DNA of 45,855 nucleotides from an uncultured Methanosarcinales archaeon (GCA_964384165.1 CAYLKB010000001.1:2030-47884), one strand, 5' to 3'. Positions 28,407-37,304 are shown, numbered from the stretch's first letter. Notes: a model not told the origin generated them from the sequence alone. Numbers and translations: made by a program.

Positions 28407-28454
28407 AACATTATAACAACATAACAACAATATAAGGAAAGTCGTTATAATGTT
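28407..28454. promoter_or_regulatory. 14-bp inverted repeat (13/14) in a divergent promoter region: AACATTATAACAAC ... GTCGTTATAATGTT
   Basis: Arms at 28407-28420 and 28441-28454, read directly. They lie between the wHTH gene and the divergent zinc-ribbon membrane gene. Confidence 0.3.
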
Positions 28455-28496
28455 GTCGTAAAGTATTTAAACAAATAAATTGAAAAGTATTTATAT

Positions 28497-29303
28497 ATGG
28501 TAATTTATTGTAATAAATGTGGTCAAGAAAATCCTGATGATAGTAAATATTGTTCTAAATGTGGAACTTTAATCAAGGATTATGATAAAGATGAAGTTCA
28601 AACCAAAGAAGAAAAGGTTGAAATAAAAGAGAAAGATAACAAATCTAAAAGTAAAACAATTAATTATGTTGCTTATGGTGTTATTGTAATTTGTGTTTTA
28701 ATAATCTTATTAGTTCCTACTAAAACAGTTTATGAAACAAAACAAGAAAGTTATACATCATATGAAAGTTACATTATTCAAGAACCTTATCTAAAAGAAG
28801 AAACATATACTGAAAGAGAACCATACATTAGTAATGATTGTAATATTATTTATTCTAATGAAATTGATTTTAATAGTATGTGGCAAAAATTACATACTTC
28901 ACAATCAGAATGGGTTGAAATAGGTTGTATGATAACAAATCTTGAAGAATATGAGGTTACATATGATTATATTATTGAAGCAAGAAATCAAGATGATGCA
29001 ATTGAAGACACTCTACAAAGATATGGAGAAATAACATTATCTCCTAAATCCAGCACATCAGTTGGAGAGGTTTCTTATCAATTTCCATTAGATGTAAGTA
29101 GTGGTTATGTTGCAGATTGTATAGTAACTCCAAATGAAATTGAAACTTGTGAAGAAACAACAAGATATAGAAATGTTGAAAAGGAAAGGTCAGTTACAGC
29201 ATACAAAGATGTAACAAAACAAAGACCAGTTACAAAGTATAGAGATGTTGAGATTTCTAAAAAAGTTAATTGGATATTAGGTATAAGTTTATTTTGGAAT
29301 TAA
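28497..29303 (+). CDS. zinc-ribbon, single-pass membrane protein
   Basis: 268 aa. N-terminal CNKCGQENPDDSKYCSKCG zinc ribbon, then a TM segment (VAYGVIVICVLIILLV) and an extracytoplasmic domain. Confidence 0.6.
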   Translation: MVIYCNKCGQENPDDSKYCSKCGTLIKDYDKDEVQTKEEKVEIKEKDNKSKSKTINYVAYGVIVICVLIILLVPTKTVYETKQESYTSYESYIIQEPYLKEETYTEREPYISNDCNIIYSNEIDFNSMWQKLHTSQSEWVEIGCMITNLEEYEVTYDYIIEARNQDDAIEDTLQRYGEITLSPKSSTSVGEVSYQFPLDVSSGYVADCIVTPNEIETCEETTRYRNVEKERSVTAYKDVTKQRPVTKYRDVEISKKVNWILGISLFWN

Positions 29304-29305
29304 AA

Positions 29306-30916
29306 ATGAGTAAGTTTTGTAATAGTTGTGGGAAACAGGTAGGAGATGATGCTAACTTTTGTCCATATTGTCATTATCAATTTCACCAAGATATAGAAGA
29401 AAAACCTAAACAAAATAATTTTTTAAAATATGAATTACCAGCAATCATTATAATAATAATTCTTTTAATATTTGGAATTACATATATCTCATCAATGAAA
29501 AAAGATTATAGAGAACAATTACACCAAGTAGAATTACAAAAACAAGCTGAACAACAAGAAAAAGAATTTTTAGAACAACAAAAATTAATTGAAGAAACAA
29601 ATAGAATAAAAGCAGAAGAACTTCAATCCCAAGTCCATCAAGAAGAACTTGAAAGACAAAAAGAACAAGCAGACCAAGAAAAACAATTTGAAATAGAACA
29701 ACAGCAAACCCAATATAAAAATGAAGATGATAGATTAAATTCTGATACTGATGATGATGGACTAACATTAAGAGAAGAACAAAAACTTGGAACAAATCCA
29801 AATAAAAAAGATAGTGATAACGATGGAATTCCTGATGGAGAAGATACAAATCCAACAGGTGGGGGAAGAAATTTAAATATTAATGTAAGAGATATTAGTG
29901 TAATAGTCCACTCTGATTACTTTGATTATTATAAGAACAAAAAAAGAATTCCTTATTCAAGTGATATGTTTGGTGAAACTTATGTCCAACATAATGAAAA
30001 ATATATTGATACTATTTACAAACAATTATTAAATCTTTCAGAAAAGAAAAATTCAAATATAATCGATGAAATAAGATATTTTATTCACGACTTGAATTAT
30101 GTTTATGACCATACTCTTGGACATAATGATTATCCAAAATATCCTATTGAAACATTAATTGAAGAAACTGGTGATTGTGAAGATACATCTATTCTTATGG
30201 CAAGTTTATTTAAGAGAGCAGGTTATGATGTTGTCTTATTTAATTTACCTGGACATATTTCAGTTGGAATAAAATGTGATTTTGATTATGGTTATACAAA
30301 TTATAATAATAAAAAATATTGTTATGTTGAAAGCACAAGTAAATATGATTGGGAAATTGGAGAAGTTCCAAGTGATTATTTAGATGAGAATAATGAGATT
30401 ATTATTGAAAAGATATATTCTATTTCTGGTGGAGATAATAAAGAGATTGAGTTTAATGACTATGAAACTACAATAGTTAAAGAAGATTTAGATTGGGACA
30501 ATGATGAAGTCTTAAATGATGATGATAATTGTCCTTTTACAGACAATCCTAATCAAGATGATACTGATGGTGATGAAGTTGGAGATGCTTGTGATTTATG
30601 TAAAGATTATATAGGTATTGAACAAATTAATAAAGATAAATATCCAGAAGGAAAGTATATTGGTTGTCACCCTTGCAATGGTTTAGATTTTAGTGATAGT
30701 TGTTGGGATAAAGAAGAATATCAAAAATTTGAAGATGAAAAGAAAATTAAATTTGATGAATACTTGGAAAAATTGAAAGAACAAGCAGAAGCACAAAACA
30801 AAGCAATATGTGAAGCAGAAGGTAAAGTTTTTATCACAGGAGTTGGTTGTATGACATCAGAAGAGTTTTGTAATTATCAAAGTGGAACTTGGACAGGTGA
30901 TGCTTGTTTGATTTAA
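29306..30916 (+). CDS. zinc-ribbon membrane protein with coiled coil, thrombospondin type-3-like Ca-binding repeats and a transglutaminase-like cysteine protease core
   Basis: CNSCGKQVGDDANFCPYCH, one TM segment and a Q/E-rich coiled coil. DTDDDGL..NPNKKDSDNDGIPDGEDTNP and DNCPFTDNPNQDDTDGDEVGDACD are TSP3-like. GDCEDTSILMASLFKRAGYDVVLFNLPGHISVG is a transglutaminase-like Cys-His core. Confidence 0.7.
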   Translation: MSKFCNSCGKQVGDDANFCPYCHYQFHQDIEEKPKQNNFLKYELPAIIIIIILLIFGITYISSMKKDYREQLHQVELQKQAEQQEKEFLEQQKLIEETNRIKAEELQSQVHQEELERQKEQADQEKQFEIEQQQTQYKNEDDRLNSDTDDDGLTLREEQKLGTNPNKKDSDNDGIPDGEDTNPTGGGRNLNINVRDISVIVHSDYFDYYKNKKRIPYSSDMFGETYVQHNEKYIDTIYKQLLNLSEKKNSNIIDEIRYFIHDLNYVYDHTLGHNDYPKYPIETLIEETGDCEDTSILMASLFKRAGYDVVLFNLPGHISVGIKCDFDYGYTNYNNKKYCYVESTSKYDWEIGEVPSDYLDENNEIIIEKIYSISGGDNKEIEFNDYETTIVKEDLDWDNDEVLNDDDNCPFTDNPNQDDTDGDEVGDACDLCKDYIGIEQINKDKYPEGKYIGCHPCNGLDFSDSCWDKEEYQKFEDEKKIKFDEYLEKLKEQAEAQNKAICEAEGKVFITGVGCMTSEEFCNYQSGTWTGDACLI

Positions 30917-30977
30917 ATTATAAAAAAATCAAAACCACACACAACAATTATAAATAATCATCTCAATTAGTTTTATT

Positions 30978-31415
30978 ATGGTAAAATCTAATGATGTTTC
31001 TAATGATAAGTTTAGAGATGCAAGTGACCTAACAGAAAAACAAATGCAGGAACTTGTAGATAAATACACACAACTGCGAGGAACTATTGAAGTTTTGGAA
31101 AAAGAAAGTGAACAAGTTAAGTCCAAACTTGTTGAATATTCTCTATACAAAGAACAAGATGAGTTAAAAGGAACTCATAGGTCATTGAAATTAAACACTT
31201 ATGACACTTTTGAAATGCCACTAAAAGCAGAGAGTAAACCTCTTATTCAATACTTAAAGAAAAAAGATTATTGGGATATTTTCACAGAACTTGATAAAAA
31301 TAAACTTATCAAAGCGATGAAAGAAAAAAAGTTTAATGATGAGGTTATGGAAGAATTAGGAGAATTTGTCAAACCAAAGACAATTTATCGACTTGTTTTT
31401 GACAAAAAAGAGTAA
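30978..31415 (+). CDS. hypothetical protein (coiled-coil N-terminus; weak Mu Gam-like pattern)
   Basis: 145-aa ORF. The similarity judgement is by eye only. Confidence 0.45.
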   Translation: MVKSNDVSNDKFRDASDLTEKQMQELVDKYTQLRGTIEVLEKESEQVKSKLVEYSLYKEQDELKGTHRSLKLNTYDTFEMPLKAESKPLIQYLKKKDYWDIFTELDKNKLIKAMKEKKFNDEVMEELGEFVKPKTIYRLVFDKKE

Positions 31416-31420
31416 TAAAA

Positions 31421-31636
31421 ATGAAAGATTTAGAAGAACAAACATTAGATTTCTTTGAAGAACATTGGGAAGAGATTAGTAAAGAATTAGAAGGGACAAA
31501 TAGAAAAGAATTTGCTAGGGATATGTTTATGAATGGTTTTCTTTTAGCAGTGACCCAATTTAGTCATATGTTAGATGAATATGACAAACACCCAAAGGAA
31601 ATGAGGGAATATTTGAAATCACTCCAAGAAAAATAG
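31421..31636 (+). CDS. hypothetical small protein
   Basis: 71-aa ORF starting 5 nt after the upstream stop. Confidence 0.45.
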   Translation: MKDLEEQTLDFFEEHWEEISKELEGTNRKEFARDMFMNGFLLAVTQFSHMLDEYDKHPKEMREYLKSLQEK

Positions 31637-31790
31637 TGATACTTGCCTGCACTCAATATTTGGGGACTTTTTCATATTAGATAAACAAGAACACTTGAAA
31701 AGCAGTTTAGTGGTTCCAGAGTAACCCAGAATTTGCCAGAATTGAAATTTAAAATATTATAAACTTATTTTTTTGAAAAATTAAAAAAAA

Positions 31791-32411
31791 TTAATTCTCA
31801 TTTTCTAAATAATCTTCAAATAATCTAAACACATCTTCATAATTTAAATTACAACCCAATTCTATTAATTTTTCTTTTGTAAAATAGGACTTTCGTTTTG
31901 ACATAATAAATAACATATAAATGTGTGATGAATAATATCCTGGATTAGTATTAAGATTATCTTCAATATAAAATTCGCACTCTTCTAATTTTCCTGTTTC
32001 ATTGTAAATATCCATATCATATTTATCTTCAATATATGCTTGCTCTAACTCTTCATCTGAACAAATTAAATATTGGGAGATAATATTTAATTCAATTTCA
32101 TCTAATTTTTTTATTTTATCTATTTCTTTTTTTGAAGTTTGATTTTTATTCATATATTCTAAAATATAATCTAAATCTTCCCTTTTATCTTCAATATCAA
32201 GTAAAGAGAAATGTATTGAAAGTGATTTTTTCAATTCCAAAACTCTATCCAAATAAGAAATATTTTTATTTTCCTTATCTATAACTTTGTTTCTTGCATC
32301 AATGAATTCTTTAACTTCATCTTCATTAACCCAAAATTCATTAGCAGTATTACTAATTAATAATGTTAGTCCTTTTTCATATTCTTTTTTTGTTAATTTT
32401 TTTATTACCAT
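31791..32411 (-). CDS. hypothetical protein
   Basis: 206-aa acidic ORF immediately downstream of the P-loop gene (3-nt gap). Confidence 0.5.
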   Translation of the reverse strand: MVIKKLTKKEYEKGLTLLISNTANEFWVNEDEVKEFIDARNKVIDKENKNISYLDRVLELKKSLSIHFSLLDIEDKREDLDYILEYMNKNQTSKKEIDKIKKLDEIELNIISQYLICSDEELEQAYIEDKYDMDIYNETGKLEECEFYIEDNLNTNPGYYSSHIYMLFIMSKRKSYFTKEKLIELGCNLNYEDVFRLFEDYLENEN

Positions 32412-32414
32412 TTT

Positions 32415-34448
32415 TTAATATATTTTGTTTTCATTTAAATAAAAAATCTTGCCAGTATTACCTTTTGTTCTTTTACCAGTATCAAAGGGTATAACATATT
32501 CCTCTCTAATTAAACCCTTCATAACCTTTTGAAATGTTCCTTTGCTACTTAAAGTGTTCAAACAAAAAGTTTCTAATGCTTTATTATGGTCTAACCCTGT
32601 TGCAATAGAATATGCTCCTTCTTGTGCTAATATTTTTATCATCATTGTTTCATCTTCTTGTAAATTTAAAGCATCTTTGATTGTATAATTTGATGAAAAA
32701 TGAATAAACATACTCTCTGTAAGTTTTTGAACTCTTGGTGCAATTAAGTGAATTGCCCACTCATCTACAATTAATTCATTAGGAGAATTATTTTTTTTAT
32801 ATGTTTGATATGCTATTTGTAATAAAAATGCAAACCTTTTAAACATATCTTTAATAGCACTTTCTGATTTTTCTCTAAAATGTTCTAAATAAATTTTATA
32901 ATCAATTTTTTTATTATAAAAAAAATCTACATAATATTGAATAAGATTTATTGCATTTGGAGTAAATTTAATATTACTATATTCTTTAATACTCCAATCA
33001 TCAGGATTATAAATCCTAACTTTACAAGTTTGAACTTCTCCTTTTTTATTCTTCCACTCATCAGACATAAATGTATAAGGTGCATCTTCTTTAATAAAAG
33101 CAAGATTATTAGATTTATCTTTCATAGAAACCAAAACATCTAAAAAAAATTTAGGTCTTAATAATTTATTATCCTTATAATTATCTTGGTTTTTTTCAAA
33201 AGAGGTTAATTTTAACTTTGGTAATTGGAATGGTGTTAATCTTCTCATCATACCTTGGTCATAAAAATCCTGATGTAACTTTTGATTTTGTAAAAATAAA
33301 ATTACTGTGCAATGTGTTTTATATGTTAATAACAAATTTGCACCAGTTATAGGTTTACTTACAAAGCCTTTTGGTATTGGTTCAAGACTATTACAAAAAT
33401 AACCAAATATTTGCTGATTTGTTTGGTTTATTTTTTTCTTATCTAATATATTACTTGCTTCAGGATTAATTATTACATCATTATAGAACATACCATAAGA
33501 TTTAAAATTTTCAATAAATCTATAAGAATTTTCATCAAATGTAACATTTGATACTTTTTCACATCGAGAAAGGTTTTCTTCTGGTTTAAAAATAGCTGGT
33601 TTTAAACTACCTAAATATGTTTCTTGATGACCTGCACCACCTACGATAGATATTTTTTTTTCTAAATGTTTTGAACAATATTCTATTGCATTATGAAATC
33701 TCCCTTTTCCACTCCCTGTTGGACCACAGTAAATTGGGCTACTTCTTGCATCACAACTATCGTGTCCAATAAAAAATGTTATTTTATCTGATACTGCAAT
33801 CCCCATAGCAACAAACATATTATGGAATATAAATGGGTCATATATCTCCCAAGTATTTGTATAAAATAATTTTTTAAAATCTTCAATACAATCCTCTAAA
33901 AATATCTCCAACTCTCGTTCATCTTGATTTGATGTTTCAACAAATTTAGAACTTATTACTTTTGAAAATATTTTTTCATTTTTCAATATTAAATCTATCC
34001 TATAATTTAGAATATAATTTAGGATTGTTGGTTGTTCTAAATTATGTTGATTAAATACCAACTCTTCCTTCATTAAATCTACTACCTTACTTAATTCGTT
34101 AGGAATATCTAAATTCTTTTTTATCTTTTCTTTATAAATTTCTTCATTTGGTATTATCTTAATGAATTTAGATGCAATCAATTTTTCAAATTGTTCTTCT
34201 TCTGGAAATAATTTTTTAAAACTTTCATTAAATATCTCAACAAATCTATTATAATTTATATTTGCCTTTTTGTTCAAAAGAGCATATAGTTCATCAATAC
34301 AATTTTGAAATAAACCATAAATAATCTTTAAAATTTTATTCTTAAAGTTTTCATCTTGATTTATTATTGCAATAATTCTATTTAATATTAGTTTTTGAAA
34401 TTTTTCTTCGCCTTTTTCAAATAATTTTTCTAATTCGTTTTTTGTCAT
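32415..34448 (-). CDS. P-loop NTPase, putative element replication initiator/helicase with a C-terminal wHTH-like tail
   Basis: 677 aa. Walker A YCGPTGSGKG. Its size and its position next to a long AT-rich non-coding region are typical of plasmid/virus Rep-helicases. The family could not be assigned by eye. Confidence 0.6.
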   Translation of the reverse strand: MTKNELEKLFEKGEEKFQKLILNRIIAIINQDENFKNKILKIIYGLFQNCIDELYALLNKKANINYNRFVEIFNESFKKLFPEEEQFEKLIASKFIKIIPNEEIYKEKIKKNLDIPNELSKVVDLMKEELVFNQHNLEQPTILNYILNYRIDLILKNEKIFSKVISSKFVETSNQDERELEIFLEDCIEDFKKLFYTNTWEIYDPFIFHNMFVAMGIAVSDKITFFIGHDSCDARSSPIYCGPTGSGKGRFHNAIEYCSKHLEKKISIVGGAGHQETYLGSLKPAIFKPEENLSRCEKVSNVTFDENSYRFIENFKSYGMFYNDVIINPEASNILDKKKINQTNQQIFGYFCNSLEPIPKGFVSKPITGANLLLTYKTHCTVILFLQNQKLHQDFYDQGMMRRLTPFQLPKLKLTSFEKNQDNYKDNKLLRPKFFLDVLVSMKDKSNNLAFIKEDAPYTFMSDEWKNKKGEVQTCKVRIYNPDDWSIKEYSNIKFTPNAINLIQYYVDFFYNKKIDYKIYLEHFREKSESAIKDMFKRFAFLLQIAYQTYKKNNSPNELIVDEWAIHLIAPRVQKLTESMFIHFSSNYTIKDALNLQEDETMMIKILAQEGAYSIATGLDHNKALETFCLNTLSSKGTFQKVMKGLIREEYVIPFDTGKRTKGNTGKIFYLNENKIY

Positions 34449-34800
34449 TTTCTTACATTTTGAATTTAAAAATACTCAAAAAATAGTAAATATACACAAA
34501 TTTGATACTTTGAATACCTTTTCTTATGTTTTTTCAAATTTTCAACTTTCTCTATATAAAAAAATAGATAACAATAAATAAATAATTCTATAATTAAGTT
34601 TATAGAAAACTCTATTTTTTGAAAAAACACATAAAACCATACTTAAACTACCAAATTTGTCGAAATTAACCATTTTTTAATTATTTTTCTAATATTTCAA
34701 AAAGAAAAACATAGTATTCACTATCAAACTTTTCTTTTTGTCCCTAAATTAATTTAAGTCTATAAATTAATCCTAAACTCTTATGACTAAAATCCATTTT

Positions 34801-35031
34801 TTGGAAGTGTTGGATGTCATAATAATTAATATCTAAAATCTTTTATAAATATTTCTAAAAAAAAATCTTATTTTGGATTTACAGCCCTTCTATCCTCTAA
34901 AATCGAGACATAAGTAAAAGTGTATAATTTTAGTAATTAAGAATAAGATGTAAATATTAGTGTTAATTTTAAAAAATATTTTCGATACATTTATATATGA
35001 AATTAAACTTATTTATATTGGAAGTGTTGGA
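34801..35031. repeat. 14-bp direct repeat TTGGAAGTGTTGGA (34801-34814 and 35018-35031) inside the ~0.8-kb non-coding region
   Basis: Exact 14-mers read directly. A related AAGTGTTGGAAT 12-mer occurs at 5587-5598, about 35 bp inside the left att junction. Confidence 0.6.
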
Positions 35032-35263
35032 ATATAGATAACTTTTATATAAAAGTTAAAATTATTCTTTCATAATTTTTTTAATAACAAATTAATATCT
35101 ATTAGATTATACTATTTTTTCAATCAACCTTACCTTGTTTTTTATCTTCCAAGTATCTCTTAACAAGGTATTTGAAAATTGGATTTTGTAAATGTTCCAA
35201 TCTTTGATTAATTAATTTTTCATCAAGTGGTTTATTTTTTGTAATCTTATAGATTTGTGTCAA

Positions 35264-35467
35264 TTATATGTCAAAATTTTGACAATATTCTTTCACTTTT
35301 TTGTCAATTTTTGGTTTAGTTTGTAGCAGTTGTTGTTGCATATTGATAATAATTGATTTAAGTTCATCAACTTCTTTTTCAAGTTTTGATATTCTTTGTT
35401 CATTAGTTTGTTTTATTTTCTTCAAATAGTTCTTCCCAGTGTAGCAAAGTTTTTTTATATTCTTCAA
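35264..35467 (-). CDS. hypothetical coiled-coil ORF (doubtful)
   Basis: 67-aa ORF overlapping the integrase 3' end by 65 nt. No motif. Confidence 0.3.
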   Translation of the reverse strand: MKNIKKLCYTGKNYLKKIKQTNEQRISKLEKEVDELKSIIINMQQQLLQTKPKIDKKVKEYCQNFDI

Positions 35468-36710
35468 TACAAGTGTTTAATTTTTCAGAATAATTTTTCC
35501 AACCAGGAATTTTTGTTAATCTTGATTGAATAAAATCTGATATAATAAAATCTATTTTTAATGAATTCATATATGACTTGCCATAGTTTCTATGATACTT
35601 AAACCATACTAATTGATTATCTGCTCTATTCTGTAATCTTCTTTTGAAATCGTGTAAAATTATATTTTTGAAATGTTCTGGATTTTGTTCATATATTTCA
35701 ATAATTCTTTTAATTGTTTTTGTTCTACAAAACATAAAAAGACCTTTTTTCTTATCAATTGTTTTCTTTTTAGGTTTTTTTATTTTATAAACTGCAACAT
35801 CACCATATATTTGTAAATTATCATAATTAAAATTTTTAAAACAATCTCTCTCAATACTTTTCCATCTTGCACCACTTTCAACTGATAATTGATACAAAAG
35901 TAAATCAATTTCTGAAATAGGTGGTGATTTTCTGGTTTTCTTAATTGGATTTATAATTAATGTTCTAATTAATCTAATACTCTCTTGCATTTCTTCAAAT
36001 GAGGGCATATAATCATCATATCCATCATTATTTTCTTGTTTTTTTGATTTAATATTTGTTAATATAATTCCAATATGGTCAAAACTTAATAAAGCAAAAC
36101 ATTTACAGAATTCTATAAATTTTCTAAATTGTGATATTGTTGAAACCTCTTCTCTTTGAGAAAGAGCATAATATTCATTAACATTTATGACATTTTCATC
36201 TATAAAAATATGTCTATTTTTGTTAATATGTCTTACTGTTGTATCATCAGTCCAACCAAAACTCCTAATCCAATCTTCAAATTCTTTTTGATTTTGAAGA
36301 TAAATTTTTTGAAGATTAACTTTTTCAACTCTATTATCTGATAAATTTTTTGAAATTTCTGATAGTGTATCAATATACTTTTGTTTTTCACTTATTTTAG
36401 ATTGAAGTTCTTCTTTTTCTTTTTCAAATTCTAATTCTCTTTTTAACCCATTTGTTATGAAACTTATATAATCTTTAACGATATTATAACTTCTTTCACT
36501 TAATTCTTCTTTGAAGATTGAGAGATTTAATAAAGAAAAAGGAATACTACAAATTTGTTCATATGAAATATCTTCATTATCTTGATTTAATAAATTAATC
36601 CAACCACCAAGAATACTCTCTATTACTTGTTTTTCATAAAAATCATCTTGTTTATCTTTTGGTAATGATTTAACTTCTTCAATTTTTTTTAACAAATCTT
36701 TGGGTAACAT
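35403..36710 (-). CDS. tyrosine integrase, intact paralogue of the partitioned integrase
   Basis: 435 aa. LSVESGARWKSIERD..YGDVAVY.. aligns with MIQTGCRWTETVD..EGDVCAY.. of Int(C). C-terminal KYHRNYG...GWKNY. Lies beside the tRNA-Ser gene. Confidence 0.75.
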   Translation of the reverse strand: MLPKDLLKKIEEVKSLPKDKQDDFYEKQVIESILGGWINLLNQDNEDISYEQICSIPFSLLNLSIFKEELSERSYNIVKDYISFITNGLKRELEFEKEKEELQSKISEKQKYIDTLSEISKNLSDNRVEKVNLQKIYLQNQKEFEDWIRSFGWTDDTTVRHINKNRHIFIDENVINVNEYYALSQREEVSTISQFRKFIEFCKCFALLSFDHIGIILTNIKSKKQENNDGYDDYMPSFEEMQESIRLIRTLIINPIKKTRKSPPISEIDLLLYQLSVESGARWKSIERDCFKNFNYDNLQIYGDVAVYKIKKPKKKTIDKKKGLFMFCRTKTIKRIIEIYEQNPEHFKNIILHDFKRRLQNRADNQLVWFKYHRNYGKSYMNSLKIDFIISDFIQSRLTKIPGWKNYSEKLNTCIEEYKKTLLHWEELFEENKTN

Positions 36711-36826
36711 TACTAAATATAATAATAGTATATTTAAAAGAGTTAGCAGACATAAATAAAAGTTTTTAATGGTCTATTAATAATGATTTTAGTTAGTTTA
36801 TAAGAATTATTTCGTTTAAACAAAAA

Positions 36827-36909
36827 CGCCACCAATGGGATTTGAACCCATATGCCCATAAGGGCGTAGATTTCCAGTCTACTGCAATACCAAGTTATGC
36901 GATAGTGGC
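36827..36909 (-). tRNA. tRNA-Ser(GGA), intact, carried inside the element
   Basis: Reverse complement folds as GCCACTA-TC-GCAT-AACTTGGTA-TTGC-A-GTAGA-CTGGAAA-TCTAC-GCCCTTATGGGCAT(long variable arm)-ATGGG-TTCAAAT-CCCAT-TGGTGGC-G. Anticodon GGA, discriminator G, no encoded CCA. Confidence 0.9.
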
Positions 36910-37117
36910 AATATAAACAATCTACTATTTAATAATTTTAATTAATTAGTAGAATATATCTATTATAATAATAAAAATAAAATTCCATTTAAAAGGTTTG
37001 CTAAATGATTTATATTATTGAATAGATATTTTAATTAAAAAAACAGTGAAAAATTATATAAATTAACACTTGTTATTTATTACTTATTTAGTAGGAATTT
37101 ATATACTAAAAGAAACA

Positions 37118-37303
37118 ATGCCAAAGTTAAAATCAACAAAAGAAAGAGTGTTGATTACTATTGACAAAGACTTGTTAAAATTGATAAAACAACAAAATAA
37201 AAGGGTTTCGACATTGATTAACGATGTTTTACAAATGTATTTGTTAAACCATTATAATCAAGAATTAAATGAGTTGTTACTACTTAACGCTCGTTTCTGG
37301 AAA
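37118..37303 (+). CDS. SSV-type integrase N-terminal fragment Int(N) (62 codons up to the att core)
   Basis: The ATG at 37118 follows a TATA-like ATTATATAAA. MPKLKSTKERVLITIDKDLLKLIKQQ.. is RHH-like. The frame runs ..NARFWK into the att core and then continues through the tRNA 3' half to a stop at 37441. Confidence 0.7.
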
Positions 37304-37304
37304 G
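37297..37304. repeat. right copy of att core / direct repeat CTGGAAAG
   Basis: Identical to 5546-5553. Preceded by GCTCGTTT, the reverse complement (with one G.U) of GAACGAGC that follows the left copy. Confidence 0.75.

Larger units (their letters stand above)
5546..37304. mobile_element. integrated element (~31.8 kb) inserted in the tRNA-Ser(GGA) anticodon loop; SSV-type partitioned integrase
   Basis: Flanking 8-bp direct repeat. Int(C) reads out of the left junction and Int(N) reads into the right junction in the same codon phase. The interior carries integrase, replication-like and defense genes, and the flanks carry housekeeping genes. Confidence 0.8.

Noticed and set aside
31637-31790. 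Slightly GC-richer convergent intergenic region with three CCAGA(A/G)T motifs (..TTCCAGAGTAACCCAGAATTTGCCAGAATTG..)
   Set aside because: It is short, with no clear secondary structure or partner repeats. It is most simply a terminator or spacer region between convergent genes.
35120-35263. A 47-codon open frame continuing in phase directly after the TAA stop of ORF 35264..35467 (..NFDI*LTQIYKITKNKPLDEKLINQRLEHLQNPIFKYLVKRYLEDKKQGKVD*)
   Set aside because: It could be an interrupted gene, stop-codon readthrough, or a separate TTG-initiated gene. However, the upstream ORF is itself doubtful, there is no ATG, and a 47-codon open run is only weakly improbable. This is not enough to call a pseudogene.
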